In this document: positions 34,401-44,811 of the stretch, in pieces | How positions within the stretch are numbered: position 1 is the stretch's first letter | Layout of the letters: each line of letters opens with the position of its first letter | From: Histomonas meleagridis 2922-C6/04-290x | Lineage: Eukaryota; Protista; Parabasalia | Direction: 5' to 3' | DNA length: 64,000 nt | Assembly (NCBI GenBank): GCA_020184695.1 | Contig: JAANOX010000130.1 | Span: forward strand, 173,873-237,872 | Notes under the pieces: model-generated | What the model was told of the DNA's origin: nothing | The model's input: only the letters and a program-made list of their open reading frames with translations | Databases searched by the model: none | Translations under genes and position numbers: made by a program

Positions 34401-35557
34401 AACATTCAACAATATTAAACAAAAACATAAATATTTGTGAATTAAAACCTGTCGCCAAGAATTCATATGATATTTATATTAATAATGAAATGATTTATAC
34501 TGTACCTAAGTCATTATATTATTTTAATAATAATCCACAAAATGTTATTAATATTATTAATAATAAAATTGTCATTTGTGGAATGTCATATTTAATCGAT
34601 GACTTTTATGATTATTCATGTTCTGCACATTCATCAGATAATTTATATTATACAGTCGCTACTCATAATGGTATAATCTCCAACTTTTATATCGAAAAGG
34701 AGTCAATGAAAATTATTTCTAAATCAATTGTACCAAATGTTGACTTTAAAGTTTGTTCAATTTCTTCTCATTTCGGTTTAATATGTGCTGCTACGAATGA
34801 TAACATTTATTTGTTTGATATGTCCACAGGTTATTTAATGAAAAAATATAATTTCATGAATACAAAATTAATAGTTTTCGATGAAACTCATAATTTTATT
34901 ATCATAGCTAACAAAAATATTGTCGTTGTGTTGTTTACTGATTTACAAAAAATTGCAGAAATATGTTTCGATATTGAAATTACTGCTTTAACTGTTGGCG
35001 ATTCAATTTTATGGAATTATAACCCAATGTTTTTAACGGGTCATTCCGACGGTTCAATTAACGTTAATCGGGTGGACGTTAAGGAGGAGACCGTTAGCAC
35101 AAAGGAATTCTTTTGTATGGAAAATGATGTGGAAATTACTGCAATGAAAGTTTTCTCGAATAATAAGGCTGTGGTGACTGTGAATAAAGAAGGAAAGGCT
35201 TCATTAGCAGTCGTAGAATTGATACAAAAACATGTTCTGAGAATAGAATCATTTGTAAAATGTTCAAATTGTGAATGCCCATTAGATGGAGAAGTAACTA
35301 TCTGCCAAATTTGTGGTTTGCCAGTGTGCCAAAAATGTTTGTATGATGACATTTTGAGAATTTGTTTGAAATGTGAAAAAAATGATTATGCAAATTCATG
35401 TAATACAAAAAAATTAATATCAAATAAATCTCTTAAAGGACTTATGCAAAGAGATTTTTCGGCTGATACTTCCTTATTATTTGACTCACCAAAGCCACCA
35501 CCTAAGGAAAGACATTCATACTCCGACATTCTGGATGGAGTTAGAGAAAAATTCTAA
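28412..35557 (+). CDS. Beige/BEACH domain protein (BEACH-WD40 plus C-terminal Cys8 zinc finger)
   Basis: SNYEYLLYLN..NRSFNDYSQYPVFPWV, RDLSKPIG, YGSHYS, FDHPDRTF, DLKELIPQFY, WIDLIFGYKQ, NFGQCP; WD40-like strands; CxxC..CxxCxxxxCxxC..CxxC. Confidence 0.93.
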   Translation: MFLFSGNNIFTNKSIVSDFKKLVDSLKEAEDPAQCIEFYNSNFLDKNPEKLKNENFVTSVLRLIRHVCYNFDQISQNNEYLTSTLNFLNSSLFWCELDQATSVQLATMFIKVISITNSNNAEWIPQIAQLILSKESVLDFLFEGNMLLIIWKKCFIELTNEHIRNQIISISSLYTFKTLKKVELFLKTFKKDLFDNQINESNAFYSFTFHGYVIRKLKTGNYLTQILPKIFEISKKLTDFSFFEMYISSSDELIWIIMNEFLQNEFPIDSLKTLIIAIEKSHVTPPETFSYKPFITKAMNIDFDTQKMILTFCIKCNYETKKEFILNSMPIYEKEISSLNLKIILETIETNEFINYFIFDRTIEEITNCINFDNEFVYIILLIIFNYKNINSELIQKILKTFCNWSNEGLNKTDFEKLMKPFLTKYSPIDYMKALIEEIINKKNDNIIEVTTNIINPNFNNIFFKENGSLILPEIVKSISGLNFLAVLSPHKEIDDFIQNNFYTSELCNYKEQQLIKLMCGKKQDSEICGRITIPSLFQYLKTFQLLTPYDQYICGKYYSKIYEPKNEQIMQFGCRYLTAKEALQIKEAAEFLPNITSPSFLHSNLYQMDPNIKNLELTFPKSFCDSIWFMIDTIYNKSTFVTLSNHLIEINKDSEILFDDQILIKCIKKCWHLFTFLIEEKEQNQFELILFLDSKNIYNGIINKFDNIIISSNDETKNNMLWFLSPNIFSIEQPIDNEKINLLYKKGKHQFSNKQIKETKYNKLVPYHGILKYLNIIGDNHFIFQLLIDTNSEEKCNFLMNTCFNLFELNVFPKKAFFNYLRYVIRRKPSLYNIQFENILLHQLSKTFLFDNTSIEAILADPLILSKINVSDLFISIIDQSNIMSLNNNSLFSSILDAYSYFEIKNDKNIEIYLKIIEQYIQKKPNFLLKIALVITALPLNLDIIEQKQNSLLNIILKDQNLFIKIFSSDYIFKFMSQLPYKLSLKFYEYISKIIINEPNYYNNESFNNSSIIFQPLTKEYSFWISSLRILTLNDSEDIEDFLHYNIKKKEILPKLLEYITILIPKDYQENQKQSITFRVLNVIFSLIKKDNFDLLNIIPSLQLLSTLGYYGYLPTVYPFVFTNSPIKQNKRRGTLDLNVKQVDKQQNDDNEYLYIKKVFGETFYKEIKNYMKKRQSKLKVKIDYKNYITSNPDFPEDVEQLFEYPIIDIIIHLSSKALIKVIENKNINNHFMKYLINLTIPTADVYSEIGYRMHQKIILNMFHEIEKISNELMVIFLEFIIPRILEGWWDNNTINLFEVVINHIQIFNHFISNFIIALLIRSNINEKTKIIELTLNLNIFDSLTKNENFVSSLINLSINSKNLSIENAKILGNLICQKIECPSLKEALENDTLNYWLQCNKNYELTFLSHYQSIMSLAMEPSQKLCLERIKNSRRSYSILVRTTTKEHYLEIAYLRKAVLFDFFYRLNKSNINQSIPILNLYKTQKLLKLCENPPDKYSIISTLNPLVTPTKLIPLLFPYESDYKKSSKIILPPISEHVIDCNCIIPSLSHKFQAPKCLEGWNLPPFFNVAILHLIKIRCGINSIVFPCDILVSHDVLSSVGLINDQMLYILLNAKYKDNEIILLKMSSISHYAFIENSVHGVYCDSFLFLNHIILSIPIKTIGLIVPRYYIFDPISLDLYLKNGSQITIHTDPEIRNKLINLCKNISYNFNKRGLSFTWYLTRKPIESITRFWSNKLMSNYEYLLYLNLVSNRSFNDYSQYPVFPWVISNYSNDDINSYRDLSKPIGQLDPKRAQKFDEVFIESKEKFFYGSHYSNPAFVFHYMLRIEPYTLYNIHIHNGFDHPDRTFVSIDETWKSISSLNQSDLKELIPQFYIFPEMFTNINKYHFPNRTNGVSIDNVKLPNWGNTPIKFIWEMRNALEQSQSIQEWIDLIFGYKQKGNEALLAKNIFHPFTYGKNYKDPKDKIAANDTIINFGQCPIQLFKTKHIHRNNEEHSTILNKNINICELKPVAKNSYDIYINNEMIYTVPKSLYYFNNNPQNVINIINNKIVICGMSYLIDDFYDYSCSAHSSDNLYYTVATHNGIISNFYIEKESMKIISKSIVPNVDFKVCSISSHFGLICAATNDNIYLFDMSTGYLMKKYNFMNTKLIVFDETHNFIIIANKNIVVVLFTDLQKIAEICFDIEITALTVGDSILWNYNPMFLTGHSDGSINVNRVDVKEETVSTKEFFCMENDVEITAMKVFSNNKAVVTVNKEGKASLAVVELIQKHVLRIESFVKCSNCECPLDGEVTICQICGLPVCQKCLYDDILRICLKCEKNDYANSCNTKKLISNKSLKGLMQRDFSADTSLLFDSPKPPPKERHSYSDILDGVREKF

Positions 35558-35853
35558 AGTATGTATGTGCAAAAATTTTTGTTTTTAAAATACAAATGTG
35601 ATTAAAATTGATTTTTATAAAAATTCAATAAATTCATTTGTAACGAAATATTTTTTTAGTTTTTACCTTTTTTTTAATAGCAAATAAAAGATCTTTTTTT
35701 GGAGTTTTGTTCCAAAAAAAAAGTTATTACATGACAATCGTTTTCTCCATCGTTTTGTCATTTGCTTTTCAAATTCGACTTTTTCTAAATACAGTTTACA
35801 TGGTATTTGTGTTGTTTACATGAAATAGATTGGACGATTGACCAATACTCAAT

Positions 35854-37017
35854 ATGCTGAAAGCTATATATATAATCAATAAAGAACCGGTTCCTATTGT
35901 TGCAAAATTACAACGTGGCGATATTGAGTCTGGACTTGCGAATGAAATTTGCGAAATTATCAGTTCAAATCCAAATTTGCCAATCGCCTCTAATCCTAAT
36001 CATTCTTTTTGCATCAAACCATCTGGTGAAGTGTTTTTGGCTGCTGTTGTTGATGGTGATGGTCAAGCTCTTTTATATTTGTCCATCTTAGATCAACTCG
36101 AGGAGTTACTTCATCTTTATGTAGAAAATCCTCTTACAGACTTTGGCGTCAAAGAAAACTTTTCTGTAATATATAGACTTCTTGATATATTTATTGATTG
36201 CGGTTATCCTCTTGTTGATGACTATAATGCAATGCTTCAATTCATTCCAGCAAAAGGAAAGACTGAAAAAGGCCAACCTAATCAAATATATCCATGGCGT
36301 ACTAGTGGATTTACATATAAGAAACAACAAGTTCTTCTTGATGTAACTGAATACGTAGACTATATTGTTTCATCTGCTGGCAAAGTTGATCTTAATCAAA
36401 TTCGTGGTGAAATTCTTGCACACAGTGAAGTTAATGGAAATCCAAAAGTTTCATTCCAATGGAAAAACTCACCATATTTCGAAGATATCGCATTTCATCG
36501 TTGTGTTGATGTAACAAACTTCCAAACAACACATCGTCTTGAAATGATACCTCCACAAGGTGATTGTCTTATTGCACAATATCGTATGCAGCAACGCTCG
36601 AAGCCGCCAATTGAAATTAAAATTGCATTAGTTCCAATGCATGGTAAAATGGACATAAGATTAACAGTTACTGCTGAAAAAGATTTATTAGAATTACAAA
36701 TTAAATGGGAAATTATTTCACCAGCTGCATCAACATTAACAACGAAAAGTGGAAACATAAACATAACTGGTAATGATGTTACTTGGAATATTGGTACATT
36801 AAAATCCACGAAAGTCGCAGAATTAGGAGGTGGTATCGAATGTGATGAAGCTTGTAGACAAACTACATTTAGAGTATCATTTAAGATAGATGGACAACTT
36901 GCAAGTGAATGTGAAATTGGTTCTGTTACATTGGATGGCGCAGAAAAAGGCGCTTTCGCTGGTGCTAAATACAAAACGGTCGCGGGAAGGTACCAATTGA
37001 GAGCAGGTCTTGCATAA
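35854..37017 (+). CDS. Adaptor complex medium (mu) subunit, AP-3 mu-like
   Basis: Longin-like N-terminus (ENFSVIYRLLD), YPWR, LLDVTE, FHRCV, IPPQG and YKTVAGRYQLR of the mu homology domain. Confidence 0.85.
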   Translation: MLKAIYIINKEPVPIVAKLQRGDIESGLANEICEIISSNPNLPIASNPNHSFCIKPSGEVFLAAVVDGDGQALLYLSILDQLEELLHLYVENPLTDFGVKENFSVIYRLLDIFIDCGYPLVDDYNAMLQFIPAKGKTEKGQPNQIYPWRTSGFTYKKQQVLLDVTEYVDYIVSSAGKVDLNQIRGEILAHSEVNGNPKVSFQWKNSPYFEDIAFHRCVDVTNFQTTHRLEMIPPQGDCLIAQYRMQQRSKPPIEIKIALVPMHGKMDIRLTVTAEKDLLELQIKWEIISPAASTLTTKSGNINITGNDVTWNIGTLKSTKVAELGGGIECDEACRQTTFRVSFKIDGQLASECEIGSVTLDGAEKGAFAGAKYKTVAGRYQLRAGLA

Positions 37018-37549
37018 ACAATTTAAAAATTTTTAAACGTATTTGTGAACTTAACATTTTTTGAGGAAAAATTAAATTGACAAATTTCAAAATTCGACTT
37101 TTTGAATGCGTGTCAGAGAAAAAAATCTTTTTTGGCGCAATGCAACAGAATTCATACAAACATTTAAAACCGAATAAGGATATAATGATATTTATATAAT
37201 ATGTTATAAAAACTTATCTTTTAGTAAAGTTAATTTTGGTAAATTAAGATCAATTAAGTATGTGTAAATATAATTTTATTACATGTAACAACAAATAAAA
37301 CTTTCGTCATTATTTGGATAAAATTGTTTGAACAAAAAAGATGCAGAAGATCTTTAAGAATATAAAAAATATAAATAAAAAACCAAAATAATATCATTTG
37401 AGATATTCCATTAATAGCATCAAAAATATGTTTCATTAATTATAGCTCTAATTAATATGCCAATAAGATAAAAAGCCAACAAAAATTTTGCAGAAGAAGA
37501 CGTTAAATTGTATTTTTGGCAGTTTTTGTAAAAATGTCATATTTTGGCG

Positions 37550-40500
37550 ATGAACCCAGAAGACGATTTTGACACATGGTCTGCAATTTTTATTTCGTCA
37601 ATTGAGGTTGGTGGTCAATACACCCAACTCCTCCCAGATTGTAAGCGCCTTATGATTAGTGTGCTTAATTCTTCTCATTTAAGTGGGAATTTAGAGAAAG
37701 AAACAGATCGATTTGTTAATAACATAATCCCTGTTGCTGTTCAAAAGTTTCTTGGGTTAGGGCACATTCACCCAAATGAATTAAATGAGGTTTTTAGATT
37801 TTTATTACTTGCTTCTAAATTCATTCCGTGGTGCCATCTAAATGAAAATTACCATACTGCTAATTCTATTTTGGCTATTTTAATTAAAGATAGTCTTATT
37901 TATCAAAAGAATTCCTCATATCAAGTTAACACATATTATGAATTAATTAAGCAAATTGTCAAAAGTAACACGTTTGAGCCTCTTGTGCAACGGTGCTTAG
38001 ACACTACAAAGCATAAACTCGAAAACTTTGATTTATTATATGTAATTTATTACACCATATATAATAATCTTGGCTATTTTGAAACCATTGAAACTAATGC
38101 TATTTATGATACTGCTAGTTATTTTATTTTTTATTTGAAATCTGTTGGAGATAAAGTTAGAGAATTTGATATCACAATGATAACCAGAACATTTAATGCA
38201 TTTAATATACTTGTTATACCAAATCAGCCTATAGCAGATCCCATTTTATTTGACCTTATGTCTTATTCCGAATTTCTTATTACAACGTCAGTTTTAAATT
38301 TACAGATAATTGGTGGCCAAACATTAGCGAAGATTTATGAATATCATGCTTATTATGAATTGAAGTTCACAAAATGGGCCAATGAGACTACAATCGGAGA
38401 CAAAATTGCCGATCAATATTTACATCCGAAACTTATTGAGGTCATAAAACCGTTTCTTCACAAAATTCTGAAGCCCGATCAAGTTGAATTGTTTTGGGAG
38501 AAAGCTCAAACCGCCCATTCATCAGAGAAGAACACATTGTTATCAATTGTTGCAATGTTATTAGGACAAACAAGCAAAGAGAAAACGTTATCATTTATTG
38601 ACAGGATAACCTCAAAAGATCCTATTACACCCCAAATATTTTTATTTATATCTGAAATCATCAAATTTATTGCTAAAAATGAGAAAAAATTAGATTTATC
38701 AGTTGAATTATCTATACGTCTTATTGAATTAGGTAAAACTCATCAAGATAATGAAGGATTAATACCTGCGATAACAACTATTTCTAAAATATATCGTATG
38801 CCAAAGAAAGAAATCATTGATTATTGTGCTGAAAAACTTGATGATGAAGAAAATCAATCATATTATTTAGAAACATTACGATGTATCCTTAAAAATACGT
38901 ATAATGATGAAGGAGAAAACTTAACGGAGAAATTAATTGAGAAAATACCAAAGAATACGTCGAATTTAGATAACTTTTATAAACTTATGTCGATAATATT
39001 TGATCGAAATGATCTAATAATAACTACACAAACATTTAATCAATTATTAGAATTTGGTATTGATGATCATTTATGGATATTCCTTAAGAAGATATTAGAT
39101 GAAAAAGGTACATTATCATTAGATCAAGAAACAGAAACTCAAATTTATGAAGTTATCTCTAAAATTGATTATGAAAAGGTAACATTTCCATTTATATATT
39201 TTTTACGTATTTTTATATTAGTTGTAAATCTTCGAGAAGGAAAAATCGAAAGTGTTTATAAAGCATTTTATCATAGTAATTATGAACATCGAAAAGTACC
39301 AAAAGATTTTGTTATCACAGTTTTACCATTAACATTTTTTGATATATTTTTTAATCTTTTATCTAATGTTAAATCAAATGATATTTCATTTGAAATCACA
39401 AAAATTTTATTATCATTATTTACTAAAGTTTATTCAACTTTAACACATAAAAGGAATCAAATATTAGTTAATTATTTCGAAGAAACATTAAAATTGAATT
39501 ATGTTTCTCAAGCACGTTCATTAAGATTAATGCAAATGATAATTGATAAAGAATCGAAATTATTTGATTTAGATGATTTAGGTATTAAATTACATAAAGA
39601 AGATAAATATGATGATGATTTAATGATAAATATTAATATGAAATATAAAAATAAAGAGTATCATATGAAAGCAAGTTTATCATTAACATCATCTGAATTT
39701 AAAGAAAGAGTTGGTACAATATTAGGAATTGATCCAAATTATTTTTATATTTATCATAAAAATTATTGTATACTACAACATAAAAGTTATACATTAAGTA
39801 ATTATATTGATAATATTAATGAAACTTTCGAAATAAAAATCGATTCTACAAAAGAAATTAAAAAAGATAAAACTGAATATTTAATAATTCATTTAATAGA
39901 AAATGATTTTTCAACAGAATTAATTGATTTATTAGAAAATATTAATGAAGATAATTTGTTAGCATTTCAAATATATCAAATATTAAATCGATTACCTACA
40001 AATAAAAATGTAATTCGTACATTAAAGAATTCCGAAAATTTATTAGAAATGTTTAAAGAAATTAAAAATTCTTATTTATTTGTATATAAATTACAAATAT
40101 TAATTAAAGAAAATATAATAATAACTAATGATATATATAAATATCTTTTAAGTTATATGTTAAATAGAAAACCACCATTTAAAGGATTGAAACGAATTTT
40201 AAATTTAATAATATCACAAATGGATAATTCATTATTAGAAGAAAACATCGAAAATATAGTACCATATTTATTAAAGATTTTATTAAATAAACGAGTTAGT
40301 AAAAATACAATTAAATCATCATCCGATTTATTAAGTTATATAGTTCAAATTAATCCGGAAAAAGTTACAAATGTTATCGAAAATCAAATGGAATTAATTG
40401 AAAAGATAATGGAATCAATTAATAATAAGAACAATGAATTAAATTCATTCACACATTTTATATTATGTTTAGAAAACAAAAAAGAAATATTTGAAATATG

Positions 40501-43500
40501 TTTAAAACATATTAAATCAATTGAAAATGTGAATAATTTCTTTATTGAAATATTTTCACATACAATAACATATGTAAAAGATTTATATAATATTGAAGAA
40601 TTAATAGAAAATTGTATTTCTTTATTATTAGTATCTACACAAGAAACATTAATTGGTTTATGTCAAGTTATTATATCATTAATTAAATCAGAAATTAAAA
40701 TTAATGATCGATTTTTACATTATACAAATCAAATATTATCATTAGCATTTCGAATTGATGATTCTACAACACAATATAATTTATATTTATTATGTAGTTA
40801 TTTAACATCAGGAGACTTTAGTGAAGAAACATTAAGTTATTTAAGAAATATATTTAATATTACTACTGATCGATGGAATTATAAACCATCTAATTTCGCT
40901 AAAAGTAAATTAGGTTATTTAGGATTACGAAATTTAGGTTCTACATGTTATATGAATTCAGTATTTCAACAACTTTATTATACATTACCATTTCGATTTT
41001 TAGTTATAACATTTAAACCTAATGATGAATCACAATCTGAAATCCAAAAAATATTTGCTAAGTTATTATTAAGTGAAAGGAAATATGTCGACACATCTGG
41101 ATTTTGTTCATGTTGGAAAGGTTGGGGTAAAGTTATAGTTAATACACATGAACAACATGATGCTTTTGAGTTTTTACAATATTTTTTGGATCAATTACCT
41201 AAAGAATTATATTCGATGTTTCAAGGAGAGATTAAACATACATTTGAAGCTATTAATGATCCTTATAAATCATCTAATATTGAACCATTTTATACAATAT
41301 GTTTAGAAATTAAGAATCATAAAAATGTATATGAATCATTTAATTCATATATTGAAAGTGAACAAATATCTGATTTTAATGCTATTGATCATAAAGTTAC
41401 TGTTAATAGTTATGCTAAAATCTCTAAAGCACCAGAAGTATTAGTCTTACAATTAAAACGATTTGAATATAACTTAGAGACATTCCAACGATATAAAATC
41501 AATGATCGATTTGAATTTCCATATGATTTAAATATTAATGAATATTTAAGTGAGAAAACAGATGATTCTAAATATGCATTAATGGGCGTAGTATTACATG
41601 TCGGTACAGCGAATGGAGGACATTATTATTCAATTGTACGTATTAATAATAAATGGATATTATTTAATGATACTGAAGTATCTGAAATATCTCAAACGAA
41701 ATTTGAAGAAGAAGCATTTGGTAAATCAGAAAAGACTTATGATACTTATGATGATTATGATAAAGCTAATCCATCCGCAGTATTATTATTTTATCGAAAG
41801 ATTAATTCAAGTATTAAAGTAAATATTAATGATGAAGAAATTAAATTACGATTTGATCAAGAAATAGATAATTTATCGGATTATTGTTCACAAGAATTAA
41901 TTAAAGAAATTAATGAAGATAATGAAGAATTCATGAAAATACAATCAATCTTTTCTAAATCAACATTTGATTTTATATTAAATATTAATGATTTAGAAGT
42001 TATATTAAAATATTTCTTTAATATATTTTGTCATTCAGGTTTATCATCATATTATAATCAATTCAAAACTAAAATATGTAAAGTAATGAATTCATTTGAT
42101 AATTCTATAGAATTCGCAATGAATTTCATTCTTAAAAATCAAGAAAATATTAAATCTATTTTTATTAATTCAAGTTCAACAGAAATTACTGAAACATTAA
42201 ATGGATTTATATGTGAAGTATTACATAAATCAAATACTACAACATCATTTAACTTTGTGAATGAAATAATTAAAATGTTAAATACACAATTAATGAAAAC
42301 TTGGAGACAAATACCAAACATTACAATAATTATAAATGCTTATTTATCAACTAATAAAGAAGCTATTGAATTAGCAATAAATAATAATTGGATCCAAATA
42401 TTAATGAATTTCATTACAATTGTATATTCGAATCAACGATCAACACCAATAATACAAAACATTAATTTATCATATATATTTGAATCATTAAATCTTTTAG
42501 CTCAATATTCAAATGAATCTTTAATCGGTACAGTTATATATCATACTTCATTAATATTACAATCAGTTACACAAATTAAATCATTTGCAACTTTAATCCA
42601 AACATTATATACTAAAAGAATCATTAATTTATCAACATTTATTAATGTTTTAACTAATCCTTCACAAAATGAAATTGATTTTATCTTTGCTATAATTATT
42701 CAATCATATGTAATTAATAAAAGTCAAGAAGAAATCGTAGAAATAATTAATATATTACATAATAGTAAAAATCATTCATTTACTTTAACTAATTTCTTAA
42801 GGAAACTTGACTCACAAATAATTGAAGGTAATCGAACTTTATCTAAATTAATTATCGAACAAACTCAATTATTACTTCAATTAATTACTGATCCTAATAA
42901 AGAAATTCGATGTTTAATTGAAATATTAATATATGATATATTTAAAGACATCAAATTACTTGAAGATTTACCGAAATATATTAAAAATTTAATGAATTCA
43001 ATTAAACAACGAGAAAATAATAAAACAGAAAATATTACAGAAAAAGATCAAGAAATATTAGGGAACTTATTTGAACAAATTAATAATTTCTTTATTGAAA
43101 ATGTTGTTGAAGCGCCCGATAATTATATTAATCATCAAAACATTAATAATGAAGATGGGTTTTATTTACTTAATTTATTTAGAATATATAAATGGATATT
43201 AATCAAGTTGAATTTATTAACACAAGATAATACACCATTAATATCATTGTTATATAATGTCTTTAAAGAAATGCAATTAAAATTTGATTATCATTTACTT
43301 GAATGTATTAATATAATATCAATATTCCCATATGAAGTTATGAATGAAACATTTAATGAAATGTTTAATGAAGTATTTGTTAATATTAATTCATTAACTT
43401 GTAATCAAATCATAGATATTCTTAATTCATTTTTACCTTATTTAGAAAAGGCACAACTTGAAGATATTCAATTTATATGTAATAATCCAATATATCAAAA

Positions 43501-44569
43501 GATTAATACATTAATTAATATAAAAGATGAAAAACATTCGTTAATATTTATGAAGTTCATACGAATTATTTGTAATTATATTGATCAAGATCCTAAAATC
43601 CTTGAATCATTATTGTCATTATTTAATGAAGAAATGTTTTCGAACTTTACTTATTGTGGTGAATCATATTTCATATTATTTAAATTATTATATAAACATT
43701 TAAGTGATACATTTAAAGTCAAAATTAATGACATTTGTATGCAACAAATATTTGCAATTAATACTAATACTTATACAGCTAAAGAAAAGAATACATATGA
43801 AACAACATTAAAATTCTTACAATTATTCTTATTAGATAAAGAATTAAATATAATAAATAAATATAAACAAGTGGACATTGGTAAATTAATTGATTGTTCA
43901 TGTAACTCTTTAAATTGTAATGATTTATTTGCTATCATAAATGTATTATGTGCAAACTTTGATTCTAACTTTAGATTAAACTTAAAGAAATTGGTTATTT
44001 ATAGAGGTAAATATTATTCCAAGTTTCAAGCAAGTAATTTCGCTAATGATTTATACGTATTATTGTTCCATATCGAATATTATAATGAAAACTTGAAAGA
44101 ACGTTCTGATAGCTACGCACAAATGCTTCTAAATCCGGAATATTCTGTGGATGCTGTACCTGTATTCGAATATATGGATGACTTATTAGAAACTGAAAAC
44201 GCTGTAAATGAGGCAAATTGGACCATAGATGTTATACCAAAGATATTCCATAAGGTAGAAATGAGTTACCCCGCAGTTGTAAAGTTTTTACATTTATCTT
44301 TTAAGTTGGCAGTTTTCGATAAAGTATTGAAAACGTTCAAGAATATTTGTAAATATGCAGAAATTAAAGCAAAACAATCACATGATACAACAAAATACCT
44401 TAAACAAATCGGTATATGTTTGAATGTAAATGAAAGTAAAATAGAACAATTAGTAGAGTATTTACCTGATTTGGATAAATATAATTTCCCAAAGGAATAC
44501 GAAAATATTTTGAAGAAATCTTATAATATTAAAAAGGAATTATTAAAGAATAAAGAAGCCGAAAACTAA
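37550..44569 (+). CDS. Large ubiquitin-specific protease (USP9/24/34-like)
   Basis: Cys box GLRNLGSTCYMNS, QHDAFEF, LQLKRFEY, His box GVVLHVGTANGGHYYS, WILFND. ATG 37550 follows Inr-like TCATA. Confidence 0.92.
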   Translation: MNPEDDFDTWSAIFISSIEVGGQYTQLLPDCKRLMISVLNSSHLSGNLEKETDRFVNNIIPVAVQKFLGLGHIHPNELNEVFRFLLLASKFIPWCHLNENYHTANSILAILIKDSLIYQKNSSYQVNTYYELIKQIVKSNTFEPLVQRCLDTTKHKLENFDLLYVIYYTIYNNLGYFETIETNAIYDTASYFIFYLKSVGDKVREFDITMITRTFNAFNILVIPNQPIADPILFDLMSYSEFLITTSVLNLQIIGGQTLAKIYEYHAYYELKFTKWANETTIGDKIADQYLHPKLIEVIKPFLHKILKPDQVELFWEKAQTAHSSEKNTLLSIVAMLLGQTSKEKTLSFIDRITSKDPITPQIFLFISEIIKFIAKNEKKLDLSVELSIRLIELGKTHQDNEGLIPAITTISKIYRMPKKEIIDYCAEKLDDEENQSYYLETLRCILKNTYNDEGENLTEKLIEKIPKNTSNLDNFYKLMSIIFDRNDLIITTQTFNQLLEFGIDDHLWIFLKKILDEKGTLSLDQETETQIYEVISKIDYEKVTFPFIYFLRIFILVVNLREGKIESVYKAFYHSNYEHRKVPKDFVITVLPLTFFDIFFNLLSNVKSNDISFEITKILLSLFTKVYSTLTHKRNQILVNYFEETLKLNYVSQARSLRLMQMIIDKESKLFDLDDLGIKLHKEDKYDDDLMININMKYKNKEYHMKASLSLTSSEFKERVGTILGIDPNYFYIYHKNYCILQHKSYTLSNYIDNINETFEIKIDSTKEIKKDKTEYLIIHLIENDFSTELIDLLENINEDNLLAFQIYQILNRLPTNKNVIRTLKNSENLLEMFKEIKNSYLFVYKLQILIKENIIITNDIYKYLLSYMLNRKPPFKGLKRILNLIISQMDNSLLEENIENIVPYLLKILLNKRVSKNTIKSSSDLLSYIVQINPEKVTNVIENQMELIEKIMESINNKNNELNSFTHFILCLENKKEIFEICLKHIKSIENVNNFFIEIFSHTITYVKDLYNIEELIENCISLLLVSTQETLIGLCQVIISLIKSEIKINDRFLHYTNQILSLAFRIDDSTTQYNLYLLCSYLTSGDFSEETLSYLRNIFNITTDRWNYKPSNFAKSKLGYLGLRNLGSTCYMNSVFQQLYYTLPFRFLVITFKPNDESQSEIQKIFAKLLLSERKYVDTSGFCSCWKGWGKVIVNTHEQHDAFEFLQYFLDQLPKELYSMFQGEIKHTFEAINDPYKSSNIEPFYTICLEIKNHKNVYESFNSYIESEQISDFNAIDHKVTVNSYAKISKAPEVLVLQLKRFEYNLETFQRYKINDRFEFPYDLNINEYLSEKTDDSKYALMGVVLHVGTANGGHYYSIVRINNKWILFNDTEVSEISQTKFEEEAFGKSEKTYDTYDDYDKANPSAVLLFYRKINSSIKVNINDEEIKLRFDQEIDNLSDYCSQELIKEINEDNEEFMKIQSIFSKSTFDFILNINDLEVILKYFFNIFCHSGLSSYYNQFKTKICKVMNSFDNSIEFAMNFILKNQENIKSIFINSSSTEITETLNGFICEVLHKSNTTTSFNFVNEIIKMLNTQLMKTWRQIPNITIIINAYLSTNKEAIELAINNNWIQILMNFITIVYSNQRSTPIIQNINLSYIFESLNLLAQYSNESLIGTVIYHTSLILQSVTQIKSFATLIQTLYTKRIINLSTFINVLTNPSQNEIDFIFAIIIQSYVINKSQEEIVEIINILHNSKNHSFTLTNFLRKLDSQIIEGNRTLSKLIIEQTQLLLQLITDPNKEIRCLIEILIYDIFKDIKLLEDLPKYIKNLMNSIKQRENNKTENITEKDQEILGNLFEQINNFFIENVVEAPDNYINHQNINNEDGFYLLNLFRIYKWILIKLNLLTQDNTPLISLLYNVFKEMQLKFDYHLLECINIISIFPYEVMNETFNEMFNEVFVNINSLTCNQIIDILNSFLPYLEKAQLEDIQFICNNPIYQKINTLINIKDEKHSLIFMKFIRIICNYIDQDPKILESLLSLFNEEMFSNFTYCGESYFILFKLLYKHLSDTFKVKINDICMQQIFAINTNTYTAKEKNTYETTLKFLQLFLLDKELNIINKYKQVDIGKLIDCSCNSLNCNDLFAIINVLCANFDSNFRLNLKKLVIYRGKYYSKFQASNFANDLYVLLFHIEYYNENLKERSDSYAQMLLNPEYSVDAVPVFEYMDDLLETENAVNEANWTIDVIPKIFHKVEMSYPAVVKFLHLSFKLAVFDKVLKTFKNICKYAEIKAKQSHDTTKYLKQIGICLNVNESKIEQLVEYLPDLDKYNFPKEYENILKKSYNIKKELLKNKEAEN

Positions 44570-44811
44570 AAAAATAAAAAAAATAAAATTGTTAAAGTGA
44601 CCATATATGCATTCAAAAATAATTGTTAGTTTTACTTAACGATAGAATGCGGTTATAATTTTTTATGAATTTACTTCTGATATATTGGAAATAATTTTAA
44701 GTAAAAATTGGCTTTGCATAATGAAATTTATTAAATGATATTAAAATGGTTTTGCTTTTTCGATAAATAAAAAAAAAAAAAAAAAATAATTTAAAAAATT
44801 TTAATGTAGTT

